From IMG/VR virus record IMGVR_UViG_3300021077_000115, positions 238,064 through 302,063 of that record: 64,000 bases of DNA. One strand, 5' to 3'. Positions within the stretch are counted from its first letter, which is position 1. Every line of letters begins with the position of its first letter. This document shows positions 54,501 through 62,913 of this stretch, piece after piece. The stretch comes from a virus. Position numbers and translations under genes: made by a program. The notes beneath the pieces were generated by a model, which ran no database searches, was not told the origin of the DNA, and saw nothing but the letters and a program-made list of their open reading frames with translations.

Positions 54501-55374
54501 GTGTAATCAAACGACGACCGAATGCAGTATCATATTTAGGATCACTGATTTGGTATCCTAGCGTTCTAATATCGTAGGCAAAGGTATAGCCATCTGAATA
54601 TTTTATTGTAACTGAAGTTAATTTGGTAACTGGAAGCTTATTCAGCGTCAACGTCAAATCATTATATGTTCCCTTTCCAATACCAAGTACTAAAATCTCA
54701 TTGGTAACAACATCCCGTTGTAGAGTTATTGGGTCTGATGGGAAACTATCGAAAGCAATTACCCCTTGTATTGTTTCGTCTGTTGGGGTTAGTCCAACAC
54801 GCCAAACTTGAAAAGCTCCCTCTTGATTAAGGCGATCCCAAGGACCAAAATTACGAGTTTTCAACTCATCTTTTACGAGAATTTCAAGATAATTAGCTGA
54901 CTTTGCCTGGCCAACATCAGCTTGGGCTTTATTCAATAAATTTGAAGTCTGATTTAATATAGTGCGTACGAATGTTTCACGAGATAGATTGTAAACACTT
55001 TGAGGACCACCCAATAATGTTACTAGGTTATCGCGAGTTGGGTTGTAATCATTCTCGGCTCCTAAGACTCTGGCAACGTTGGCACGCCCATCTTCAAGCA
55101 AGAACTGACGATTGTCTAAGCTTCTGAACTTTACAGCATTTGTAGATTGAAAAACTACCTTGTATCTAGCATATGGAGTTTGAGGTAATGTGCTAATAAT
55201 GAAGATATCATCAGCGACCTCAACTGTAAGAACTTCAACATCTGGAACATTTACAACCTCAGACAACACCAATACATTTGATTGCCCAATATCAACTGCT
55301 AGCGCGGCTGAAAACCTTACCTTAATCGTTCTGCTATCGGCCGCATTTATGTCCAATATTCTAAGATTTGCCAT
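48577..55374 (-). CDS. giant virion structural-like protein (2265 aa), DGY-motif rich
   Basis: Single uninterrupted 6.8 kb ORF. It has more than 15 occurrences of [LIV]DGY (VDGYG, LDGY, IDGY, SDGY). I see no catalytic motif. It has the Thr/Ser/Asn-rich beta-rich composition typical of fibre or baseplate proteins. Confidence 0.5.
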   Translation of the reverse strand: MANLRILDINAADSRTIKVRFSAALAVDIGQSNVLVLSEVVNVPDVEVLTVEVADDIFIISTLPQTPYARYKVVFQSTNAVKFRSLDNRQFLLEDGRANVARVLGAENDYNPTRDNLVTLLGGPQSVYNLSRETFVRTILNQTSNLLNKAQADVGQAKSANYLEILVKDELKTRNFGPWDRLNQEGAFQVWRVGLTPTDETIQGVIAFDSFPSDPITLQRDVVTNEILVLGIGKGTYNDLTLTLNKLPVTKLTSVTIKYSDGYTFAYDIRTLGYQISDPKYDTAFGRRLITLANNQIKLNDTLKDDPTFVLPSGNDKIVVSYEYKSLGRIIDDTSVSVVQVNQVIREVAPAITTMFSLQNAPVVTAGDKIPTSGGVQFLDPYSATPFIDTHPAFSNEIPYREGGLPNYPGEYSVDYTTGRVFVYGAIKNDGTGDFPPAMNYYYRKTYISRLDYTYVPEFRDLVASPLRELVTQTAKINYLFEQTYVPGIDYVANVHVESLNERVQNRLATLDSLYTINAPITDVFRIYNETTGEIYTLRRITDNKIFFDSRTPPKITNITLERASFASVLNESLILENELVNAFSVRVLKIRVMNQNIMGNTDDVIGSSFNTSVGFSQNDVFVTEVYYDSQELSEIINTNRLSIGQYQINYRDGIIYVGVTNNQSLSIGTVSYKIPVISPVNPHVVSVSQVYNSINPNFGPSKILDYISFGEAAITPTPSLMDVSDERFTNKDPTNPYFVFENTITVTDDIDTLRSLYDAYDLNNHVSPINFADSATISANVITLGGIAQTSQEVVSGTLTITVPFISAGIEVGEVTSVIRVSDGYQLVDGYTYSLGNVIYLSNAFAVSGDVVNVQYTVIMNGEATPIVDYNRGDFFVDYSSVTDELLVSYEWGDNVIDHRTSNTFKEGDTYYTTYSIGALRNSLLQNFGTLVQIPELQVFDEELDREIYRDILQGALQTFTQGPTIPAMKELISSVTQIDPKIVEAAFWSLGVSFLSKVPSSVFGTPYLSAGFFDQGLAVLKAGDGATLPISNNLRLEEGTLELSVITDWDGIDNDATLTFELFKDGYVVPAENIYIGSRCYNPTIANGTFSVNRTDENSPEGLPALIFIRNGIFIYYDTDIKHWKILAKDVPDGYVYSGTVTTSGSFYDVNFVPGLAEDTDILRSGLSTVEFEFHLDGYDVLSPDGYEYGDGYIPGVSFDGIQLMSDDRHYFFDFGKNETQNRFSLYKDGRGYLVFEVWDRGGFGLVQPDRKNVYQVSADIQNWGSGQKHTIGISWSLNSSDRRDEMHLYVDGFETPNLARYGNIPDVASYNRFRTVVPEQIVGVVFANSITGNDLITTQGSNIVISPSLSLSALDDGYTIDIMEQGFGKYVISNASGTQMTLSANMSASLNDARFIINPPQFIVGTEIDIYKNIGVFIVDGYGNEREIPGTRAGVPSYSIDRNTLNQRILTIFDNTLAGDTVLIKTFGLNHRRSKDRVFLWSNNSLLKTGLPPPINLDDVSIKTVVLPLTSIGPENSAVIDGYIFEATFGGTSFIYLIDDFGNFLVDGYGDNLIFGTGPGENADITQPSTFLQNSNALLTEGRILEVRITGDNVNFSVPVTVKLDGYAALGSVTSETLTFTYPGKKLTVNKWQEVDSIIVDVAPIDGYDDSIAVEIKEAYTITQPNGNNLYPVIRFAYQTQSGGSLESDGYGGYTIVRDLQGYFPASIVGNLLKITSPPSSAGIYKIIDKIDNYTIQLDHSVDGYFTNGSYAAYNISIGRSGFQNGFIFLEIAGFTDSAFMLPPGWYDIDFASYLSVPFDPLTKETGIIGNDITLQNPVKGILDEIRILNRQLTDTRIGETIGNNEESITTGATKISPFVKNIDTLALFHCESLPLINDSDFYTFASKEYVQSGSSVNSKFGHSIVIKDRGLIFDNGGLLNTASEGLIEFWISPRYDTYNDPGVRIYFDAAANIIEEDVSITKGRVKLSRRASSVLYVRLVNDTTLQGTEYFNGGSIASDGRTLILNTPLPYQNTPVKVAYIPTGVRGDRLTISKDPQGFICFTINANSKEYQVRQPVFWPRDTWHRIRASFKFNRKDNNDEIRLFVDGEERGAQLFGQGNMLFGQGVIWGQAAVGGVGSQIFRSDINFTDTVQQFSVGQDFAGNFGAQARFDNLKISNKAIDPIVIAGQPRDVYFNSNTDFIYPSITDAFTTFLLDFDKSVQKTDDFAVIYDPTFGIFNFDINIIDSFNIVTGDLRIQTVLEALINALKPAVSTVGIKYVK

Positions 55375-55385
55375 TACTACCTAAT

Positions 55386-58300
55386 TTATCTAGTATCAAG
55401 TTTAGCTAAAACATTGTTCGCTTGTATGTATTGATTACTCTGTGCCGTAATACTTAGTACCTGGCCAGCAGCTCCATCCTTGTTGAATTCTAAGATTCGA
55501 ACACGGTCAACTCCATTTACTGTATAAGCCACATTAATAAAATCTGAAGAATCTATGGTCGTAGCCAATGCAGTTGAGTTCAATGAATTAGTGACTGCAT
55601 CCTCTACATTTTGAAGAACAACAGCACTAGAAGTATCAAAACCAGGAGAAACGACAATTGCCAAAGTGATATTAACTAAGATTGGTACGGCGGCCTTGAC
55701 TAAAACATCAGCTCCGATAGGTCTTGTTCTTTCGATGTTGAATGTATTGTCCGTAATTACTTGATTTGCATTATAGTGTATAGTGATTCTTTCATTTGGC
55801 TTAGGAGCTAAATAATCATAATATGCAGTATACCTTGTGCCCTGTACCGGCTGATTCTGAGGCGCAATAGAAAGCGTTGCTGACTGCGAAGTGGTGGAAG
55901 TAAATCCGCTGGAAATTGACACAACATCAACAAATGCAAATCTCTTTTGAGTATACAGAGTCCCACTCTTGCTGAATGATACGTTTTCTATATCGCTGGT
56001 CTTGCTAATATAGAATGTAACTCTGATCTTATCACCAATCTTTGGCAAATTAGCATTGTTACCAACGGTGTTAGGAATTGCTATTTGCGTAGGAGTTAGG
56101 CTTGAGTTGCTAGTAGCCTCAAATTTAGAAAAACTATTATCACGAATCGAATATCCAAATACATCATAGACATGATCTATAGAAATCACTTCCGTACCAG
56201 ATAGTTCCACCTTTTCAAAACCTACCAAACTTATTATTGTAAGATTGGATGGAATTGACTGATTGCTGTTCAAACCCAAAGCTGTTCGTATCAGGGATGA
56301 AAAATCTTGAACCAAACCATTCGCGGTGGCAGTTAATATTTTATCAAAAACTCCCTGGATTGTTGTGCCGGAAACAGTGATTACGCCTGGAGAAATAGTT
56401 CCAGCAATTGTTAGCTTCAACCTAGTTGGAGCCTTTCTAAGATTGAATTCAATTGGAAGAGCTGTGTTTGGTATCGGCGAAGGATTTGGAAAGTATATAT
56501 GAGTTGTCGGTTGAGTTCCAAATATATTACCTGTTCCAAAATAAAACCCATTGTCATTTCTAAAAATTGGCAATGTAGACAATGCTGTCGAAGGAACAAG
56601 TTGATTGATGTTAGCCAAATAATTGACCTCAACAATCGTCCCGGCAACAACATTGGTTGATGATGGAAGGGTGATTACATTATCACTAAAGCTTCCAGAA
56701 ATACCATTGCTTATGAATTGATCAATGGCATTATACCTTATATTTACTAAATCTCCAATCTGCGCAGTTGTGTCCGTTGGTAAATAAACAGTAAATCCGC
56801 TAAAACTTCCATCTTTGGTACCGGTGTTGAAAACCTCGTCATTATTAGAAGACTCAACTACCGAGACAACATTTGATACCAAGCCGGTCACAACAACAGC
56901 CAACCTATTGCTGATAAGCTGTACAAAGCCATACCCATCAGTAAACACATTAATAGATACAACTGCATTTACCGGATGAGTAACTGTAACTGTTTTTGTG
57001 TTAACTCCAGTTACCACAGACTCTTCTCTGCGCACAACGTTTGAATATCCCCAATCAATACTATCTACAACGTCACGGATGTTATCAGAGGATACTTTAT
57101 TATCAAAATCCCAATTTAGATCATAATTGAAAATCCAAACGTAGTCTACTTGAAGAATATCACTTACAGCTGGAAGGGTAGAACCTGAAATTGTAATGCG
57201 GCCGGTGGTGTTTTGGCTCCCTCCGTCTGGATTTTGATTTGTAACTATGTAGCGCTCTCCAGTTGTCTGGTTGAAAACTCTGGTAACCGCAGTGATTGGG
57301 GAGTGAGATAATTGAATGGATGACCGATCTGCCGGACTTACATTGCTATTTTCGTTAACTATTTGAATGTTTTGATTAACTGCACTAATCAAAGTAACAT
57401 CAGAAAAATTGGTAGAGTCCTGGCTATTGAATTTACCCTTAGTAATATCCTCTGCTAAATCTCTAATCCTATCATCGACCCAATGCAAACGATCAAATCC
57501 CCATGGGCTTCCAGCGTACACACCGGTGTCTCGCAGCAATTCATAGTTTCCAGATACAACTCTAGATGCATCTACACTCTTTAGAGCGAAGTTAGAACCG
57601 CTAGAAGATCCGGTAATGCTAATGATATTGGTAACTGGCTGATTTGGCAGTTGTTGATTATTGATATCATCAATTCTCTTTCTAGAGACCGTCTTGTTGG
57701 CATCTGTGGTAATTTGCCCAAGAACAAAGTCATTCGAAGGATCAGTTGGATCATCTTTGTTGCTATGATCAAAGTATATGAATCCGTCTATAATTTCAAC
57801 CAAACGGAAGCCATAAGCGTAAAGGTCTACTTTCCCACCAGTCCCTTCAGACACAATCGTCTTGGTGCCATCTGCCGCCGTGAATACCTGTGTTCCATCG
57901 CGAGTCATTAAAGGATCGCCGGGGCCAACCACTAAACAGTCTATGACATCCGAATCTGCTATAATTGTATTCTTATAGCCAAGAGCAGTTCCGGTATTTG
58001 ATCCGCTGAAAATACCAAGAATTCTACGTTTGAAAGACGAATCAGTCTCGGCTGAAGCTCCACCTTGAAAGGAAGCTGCATTTGTGACATTTGAAACTCC
58101 AGGAATCGTAGTATTATTCAGCGAATAACTGGAAATATTTCCATTACTTCCAGTAGATGTGGCTGTTACCTGGGCCTCAACGGCATACTGATCTGTGATT
58201 GCTGCGAAAGCTAAAGCTGCAGAATACTTCGAGGCAGTGGCTCGATAGGTGTTCTTATTGTTCACAGCTACCGTAAAGGAATTGATGACTGTAAACGAAG

Positions 58301-58643
58301 CTCCATTACTTGCCGTTACCACTCCGCCGGCATTAATTGGAATATCAGCCTCAATTGAATTGAAGGTAAGGATTGCAGTACCAATCGATGGAGACCCTTG
58401 CTTACGAGACGCGCCAAAATTGGATGCTAAGGCGTCCAATTCTGAACCTAAAGACAGGAATAGCGATTGAGCTGATTGAACGCTCTGCAATTCTTCATAC
58501 AAGCTTCCCAATTGAACAGCTGGGCCGTCAATAAGAAGATCACGAGCCACCTGACCAGGTTGTAGGTCAAGTTGTGGCTGCGCAGTTCTGTAAAAATCTA
58601 TACTTCCGAGAACAATATCATTTGCAGTCCTAACCCGTGCCAT
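55386..58643 (-). CDS. large virion structural-like protein (1085 aa)
   Basis: Long ORF with Thr/Ser/Asn/Gly/Val-rich composition (VFTDGYGFVQ, many TGxxxT). It is in the tail module directly downstream of the gp25-like gene. Confidence 0.5.
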   Translation of the reverse strand: MARVRTANDIVLGSIDFYRTAQPQLDLQPGQVARDLLIDGPAVQLGSLYEELQSVQSAQSLFLSLGSELDALASNFGASRKQGSPSIGTAILTFNSIEADIPINAGGVVTASNGASFTVINSFTVAVNNKNTYRATASKYSAALAFAAITDQYAVEAQVTATSTGSNGNISSYSLNNTTIPGVSNVTNAASFQGGASAETDSSFKRRILGIFSGSNTGTALGYKNTIIADSDVIDCLVVGPGDPLMTRDGTQVFTAADGTKTIVSEGTGGKVDLYAYGFRLVEIIDGFIYFDHSNKDDPTDPSNDFVLGQITTDANKTVSRKRIDDINNQQLPNQPVTNIISITGSSSGSNFALKSVDASRVVSGNYELLRDTGVYAGSPWGFDRLHWVDDRIRDLAEDITKGKFNSQDSTNFSDVTLISAVNQNIQIVNENSNVSPADRSSIQLSHSPITAVTRVFNQTTGERYIVTNQNPDGGSQNTTGRITISGSTLPAVSDILQVDYVWIFNYDLNWDFDNKVSSDNIRDVVDSIDWGYSNVVRREESVVTGVNTKTVTVTHPVNAVVSINVFTDGYGFVQLISNRLAVVVTGLVSNVVSVVESSNNDEVFNTGTKDGSFSGFTVYLPTDTTAQIGDLVNIRYNAIDQFISNGISGSFSDNVITLPSSTNVVAGTIVEVNYLANINQLVPSTALSTLPIFRNDNGFYFGTGNIFGTQPTTHIYFPNPSPIPNTALPIEFNLRKAPTRLKLTIAGTISPGVITVSGTTIQGVFDKILTATANGLVQDFSSLIRTALGLNSNQSIPSNLTIISLVGFEKVELSGTEVISIDHVYDVFGYSIRDNSFSKFEATSNSSLTPTQIAIPNTVGNNANLPKIGDKIRVTFYISKTSDIENVSFSKSGTLYTQKRFAFVDVVSISSGFTSTTSQSATLSIAPQNQPVQGTRYTAYYDYLAPKPNERITIHYNANQVITDNTFNIERTRPIGADVLVKAAVPILVNITLAIVVSPGFDTSSAVVLQNVEDAVTNSLNSTALATTIDSSDFINVAYTVNGVDRVRILEFNKDGAAGQVLSITAQSNQYIQANNVLAKLDTR

Positions 58644-58698
58644 GTTACCTCAAAGCTACAAAATAGCATATATCCACTGCTTTCTGAATACCGGATTA

Positions 58699-59127
58699 TT
58701 AGCTAGTTACTACAGCAAAGGAAATAGGCACACTCTGGAAAGCTTTATTGATAACCGTCAGATTCACGAAGTAATATCGAGGATCATCCTTAGCTTGAAC
58801 AATGGAGACGTTTTGGACTGCAGAAATTTGCTCTTCAGCTGTTACAATTTGATTGCTCTTTATTTGGTTCTGTTGGAGATCCTTCAGGCGTTCAATGCTG
58901 GCTCGCAATTGCTGAGTTGCAACATCTTGTGCAAAATCTACATCACTAGTTCCAATCAAAACCTGGCTTACTGGAGACCCATACGCCGGAAAGAAAGGAT
59001 TAGACCCCAATTGAGTGCTGACCAGCTTCAGAATATCCTGGGTTAGCTTGTCAGAATCCTCTACAATAGCCAAATCTCCATTTTGGATAACTAAATCTCC
59101 ACCAAAAAGCTTCAAATCAAATGACAT
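58699..59127 (-). CDS. baseplate wedge protein gp25 / GpW-like (GPW_gp25 family)
   Basis: LTQDILKLVSTQLGSNPFFPAYGSPVSQVL matches the gp25/GpW signature (i..nil.T..GeR...P.fGs.l). Its downstream length and hydrophobicity pattern parallel T4 gp25. The 142 aa length fits. Confidence 0.45.
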   Translation of the reverse strand: MSFDLKLFGGDLVIQNGDLAIVEDSDKLTQDILKLVSTQLGSNPFFPAYGSPVSQVLIGTSDVDFAQDVATQQLRASIERLKDLQQNQIKSNQIVTAEEQISAVQNVSIVQAKDDPRYYFVNLTVINKAFQSVPISFAVVTS

Positions 59128-59141
59128 ACACTTATACTCAA

Positions 59142-60779
59142 TTATCCCTTATTTCTTACATCCCCAATTCCGCCATCCTTGGGAGATCCCTTTAGACGAT
59201 CAAATATATAATCACCATATTGTAGCAAGCTGGAAACTGCCGATGTTAGCGTTTCATAAGCGGTAACAGAGTTTCCTGGACTATTAACTCGATTCTGAGT
59301 TGCGTCATTTGCAAGTTCAGTGATACTATTTAACCTAGCCGCAGCGGAGTCATCAATCAAATTAAGTAGTGTTGGAACGTCCAATGCCCAAAGAGAAAGG
59401 TAAATGGCAATAATATCAATGAGGCCAAGCCCACTTACTTCGCCACCAATAATTTCGATTATTCTTAGAGCATCACTACCCTGTGCTTCCAATGAAGATC
59501 TTTTTGAGTTTTCATCAGCTAAATCATTCTCAAAAGTATTAGCCACATTGCTAAATTCAGATATTGTAAAATCGCCATACACTAAAGATGAATTATCATC
59601 ATTGGTTCCAATATCAACTTGTGTCTTTGCAAGAAGAGATTTAACTTTCAATTCAGATAATCTGCGTTCAATTTCCCAAGAATCTAGGTAATAGCTTGGG
59701 ACAACAAACGTAGAATTAACCACAGAACCAGATTCTGGCCCGCCCTCATTAGGCATTGGAATCCAAATTATATCTTTGCCGATATCAGCAATTGTCTTCA
59801 CTGCATTGTAATATACATTAATAAGACCTTTGTATGTCTTGAATAAATCATTTACTGTATATACATCTATCAATCCCTCTTGGAATAGTCTAGCAGCGTC
59901 ATCTTCGCTAATTCCAACACCAATCAAACCAGCTTGTGTACTAATATTTGGTACCACTGTTTGAGCAGCTGTAAGCAAACTCTGTAAAACATTACTTTCA
60001 CGAAGTTTAGTTCGTATGATAAATTCCAAACCTGGGCGTTTTGCATACTTACCAGATTCATATTCCAAATCTTTTTTATCTAGAAATGGCTGACCAACTA
60101 GCACACTATTAGACCCTGATTTTGGTTCTACATTCGATGTAATAACCAAATCAGTAATGAACGGTGCAAGTGGATGTGATACGGTCTCGAACTTATTGAC
60201 TATTGCAGATCCATCTGAATTCTGGAAAAATCTATTTATATATTGAGTGCGAGCCGGAATTGCCTGTGGTGTTAGCGTAATATCATCAAGTGATCCAACA
60301 TCAATGGAAAATTTACGCTGACCATTCGGAGTTGCTAGCGAAAGCCCAAAAACAGAGGTGTCGCCATTACGTGCTGAAAATAGATTGGTCCTATATTGAG
60401 CCCCATTCTCCCTATCAGAAATAGCCTTCTTGACACTATCAGGTATTTTGCCATCTATGCTTTTCTGATGGTCTTTATCCTTGAGTGGAAAGCCTGGACT
60501 AATTAAACTACCATCAGGAGAAATGGTGGGAAGACCAAGCATTCTATAGAACGTATGACATCTGCTTTCCGAAGGTGAGCTAGATGTGGATAGGTCAGCC
60601 TGAATTAAATCACCATTTACAACCGGAGAAACATGACTTCTATACAAATCAATTGGGCGCATAAATTTGGCCACCAAATCATTGATGTCTAAATCAATAG
60701 CCCTAATATCATCTAATGGATCTTTTGGAAAATGATCCCCGACATTATTAAACCATGTATCTTTGGTAACAGTTACCAT
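59142..60779 (-). CDS. hypothetical virion/baseplate-module protein (545 aa)
   Basis: ORF coupled to flanking structural genes. I recognised no motifs. Confidence 0.45.
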   Translation of the reverse strand: MVTVTKDTWFNNVGDHFPKDPLDDIRAIDLDINDLVAKFMRPIDLYRSHVSPVVNGDLIQADLSTSSSPSESRCHTFYRMLGLPTISPDGSLISPGFPLKDKDHQKSIDGKIPDSVKKAISDRENGAQYRTNLFSARNGDTSVFGLSLATPNGQRKFSIDVGSLDDITLTPQAIPARTQYINRFFQNSDGSAIVNKFETVSHPLAPFITDLVITSNVEPKSGSNSVLVGQPFLDKKDLEYESGKYAKRPGLEFIIRTKLRESNVLQSLLTAAQTVVPNISTQAGLIGVGISEDDAARLFQEGLIDVYTVNDLFKTYKGLINVYYNAVKTIADIGKDIIWIPMPNEGGPESGSVVNSTFVVPSYYLDSWEIERRLSELKVKSLLAKTQVDIGTNDDNSSLVYGDFTISEFSNVANTFENDLADENSKRSSLEAQGSDALRIIEIIGGEVSGLGLIDIIAIYLSLWALDVPTLLNLIDDSAAARLNSITELANDATQNRVNSPGNSVTAYETLTSAVSSLLQYGDYIFDRLKGSPKDGGIGDVRNKG

Positions 60780-62905
60780 TATGTACCATCCTCGGCAACA
60801 TCAGCATCTCCGAATCTCTGCTTATAGCTACCACCCTCTGCGCGATACGAGTAAGATGTCTTATCAATGAATTCATAGGTAAGAACACTATCGATAATCG
60901 CAGTTGGTAATGTATCACTATCTCTATTAACAACTGTAGCAATAGACTCATTATTAACGTAAGCTGTTATCTGGCCACTGCCGGCCAAATCACTGGTAAG
61001 TGACGCAATAAAATCTCCATACCCATCATAAGTAAAGTTAGAGATAGTACCAAATGTTGGAATGGCTTTTATTAAAGCACTTAATGCTGTAGCAGCATCT
61101 GGTGTCACATTCACCGCTAATTGATTGCCTGATTTATCTCTCAATTGAACTGTTACCTGAATATCATTTTTGATAAACTGAATGCTTGGATATAGCGAAA
61201 AACTACTAGAATATCGATCCGTTGCAGCAATCGTACCCGTGGTATAAAAGTCCAAAGACTGATTCTTCAAAGAATTAAGGCAATCTGTAATTTCATTTTG
61301 GAATATTACTGCGGTATCCTCATTTAGATTTCCACGGAATTTTGCAAGGGCCTGTGTCAAACAAGCTATCGCTCCATCAACATCCGGCAATGGCCCAACC
61401 TTATCTAGAACGCTTCTCATATCATTATATTCGGCATTCAATACTGCTGATTCTGAAGCAGTATCAGGTTGGCACATCAAACCAATGAGCCCATATTGAA
61501 TCAGTACCTCGTGATTTATTTTCAGGTTATAGCTAACATCTAAGAAATTGTATCCGTCATCATTTGATGGTAATTGAGATAAATTCTGAGTCGGTTTGGA
61601 TACTAATGTTTGGAGAGTGGCCTGAACTCCATTGATGTAATATGGAACATAGCCATCTGGAGTAATCTCAAATACTGAACCACCCACTAAGTTCAAAGAC
61701 CCAGAAGTAATACTAGTATCAAGACTATTATTCCAAGCCGTAGGATATACATTTGGCTTTGTTGTTACGATTACATTTTGAACGCTCATATGGCGCTCTA
61801 TTCCTAAATCAGAAGGATTTCCAAAATTGCTAGGCTTGATAAATATGTTCATATCAAGCGTGTATGGAATTCGAATCAAAGCTGAGTTGTGATCAAACAC
61901 ATCATTGTTTGGCCAATAAATAAACCCATATTGTGGCGATGGGGTAATGATATCCAAGAATTTAAATTCTGTTGGATGATCATCGACAAATTGCCATCGT
62001 TGAGGCCTGAGAACAAATGCAGCGGATGATCTCAAGAAATCAAACAAAGGATCTAGTGGAACAATTGAGTCAATTTCCCGCTGGTAAATTAGGCGACCAG
62101 TTTTCAGTATCAAACCATCTGGATTATTACGAATGAATGGCGGGCAAAAATCTGGAGTACAACAATCTTCAGCACCATTACCATTCCTATCTCCGCCATT
62201 ACATACAGAGCGGCCCAAAATTCCCATGAGTGGCTGAATAATGGCAAGTAACGCACTGATGCCCATTAGAATCGTGAATAATTGCTCAATTAGACATAAT
62301 AGAAATGATATCTTTTGAACTGCGGCGAGAGTAGCGTCACTATCATGTACCTGTATTGCACGTAAAAGGATTTTGATATTATTTACTATCTGTTTGATGT
62401 AGGCAATGATTACTTTGATGATGTATTCTATCAATGCAATGAGAAGTAATATCAACGCCAATATCATAATCAGCAATGCCAACCATGGAAACATGGATAG
62501 GAAATCTGGTAAGCATCTCTTAAATAAACGCCTAATGGCCTTCAAGGTTGACCATGGATTCATCAGAGCGCAGAAGACATCTATGATACAAAGTATCATA
62601 TTCAACAATGCCTGAATGAATTTGTAGATACCTAAGAATGGAGCTATCTGATTGAATAAGCTGGCCAAGGCATCCCAAATGCCTTTGGTCATAGCATCTG
62701 TATTTGGCTGCAATTTAATCCCACCAGGGAACATGGCAAAGATTGTTTCAATCAGATTTATCAGATCTTCTGGAACGCCAGCTGGAAGGGACAGATCGCC
62801 AAATGGATTCTTTGGTACTGAAAATGGCAAACCAAGGCCTGGGATCTGTGGGCTAGGTCCCGGTGGTCCAATCGTAATGTTAGTATCAGCTGGATTGCAA
62901 ACCAT
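60779..62905 (-). CDS. structural-module protein (708 aa) with an N-terminal Pro/Gly-rich region and several predicted transmembrane helices
   Basis: Hydrophobic helices: FPWLALLIMILALILLLIALIEYIIKVIIAYI, ISFLLCLIEQLFTILMGISALLAIIQPLMGIL and ILCIIDVFCALM. The C-terminal 450 aa are soluble and beta-rich and carry DGY motifs (ITPDGYVPYY, NDDGYNFLD, NFTYDGYGDF). Confidence 0.45.
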   Translation of the reverse strand: MVCNPADTNITIGPPGPSPQIPGLGLPFSVPKNPFGDLSLPAGVPEDLINLIETIFAMFPGGIKLQPNTDAMTKGIWDALASLFNQIAPFLGIYKFIQALLNMILCIIDVFCALMNPWSTLKAIRRLFKRCLPDFLSMFPWLALLIMILALILLLIALIEYIIKVIIAYIKQIVNNIKILLRAIQVHDSDATLAAVQKISFLLCLIEQLFTILMGISALLAIIQPLMGILGRSVCNGGDRNGNGAEDCCTPDFCPPFIRNNPDGLILKTGRLIYQREIDSIVPLDPLFDFLRSSAAFVLRPQRWQFVDDHPTEFKFLDIITPSPQYGFIYWPNNDVFDHNSALIRIPYTLDMNIFIKPSNFGNPSDLGIERHMSVQNVIVTTKPNVYPTAWNNSLDTSITSGSLNLVGGSVFEITPDGYVPYYINGVQATLQTLVSKPTQNLSQLPSNDDGYNFLDVSYNLKINHEVLIQYGLIGLMCQPDTASESAVLNAEYNDMRSVLDKVGPLPDVDGAIACLTQALAKFRGNLNEDTAVIFQNEITDCLNSLKNQSLDFYTTGTIAATDRYSSSFSLYPSIQFIKNDIQVTVQLRDKSGNQLAVNVTPDAATALSALIKAIPTFGTISNFTYDGYGDFIASLTSDLAGSGQITAYVNNESIATVVNRDSDTLPTAIIDSVLTYEFIDKTSYSYRAEGGSYKQRFGDADVAEDGT

Positions 62906-62913
62906 GATTCACC

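Noticed and set aside
48577-55374. Possibility that the 2265-aa protein is a crAss-like virion RNA polymerase
   Set aside because: I see no DxDGD or NADFDGD-type catalytic aspartate triads. The abundant D-G-Y tripeptides are not flanked by the acidic residues that such motifs require, and the composition is beta-rich and fibre-like.
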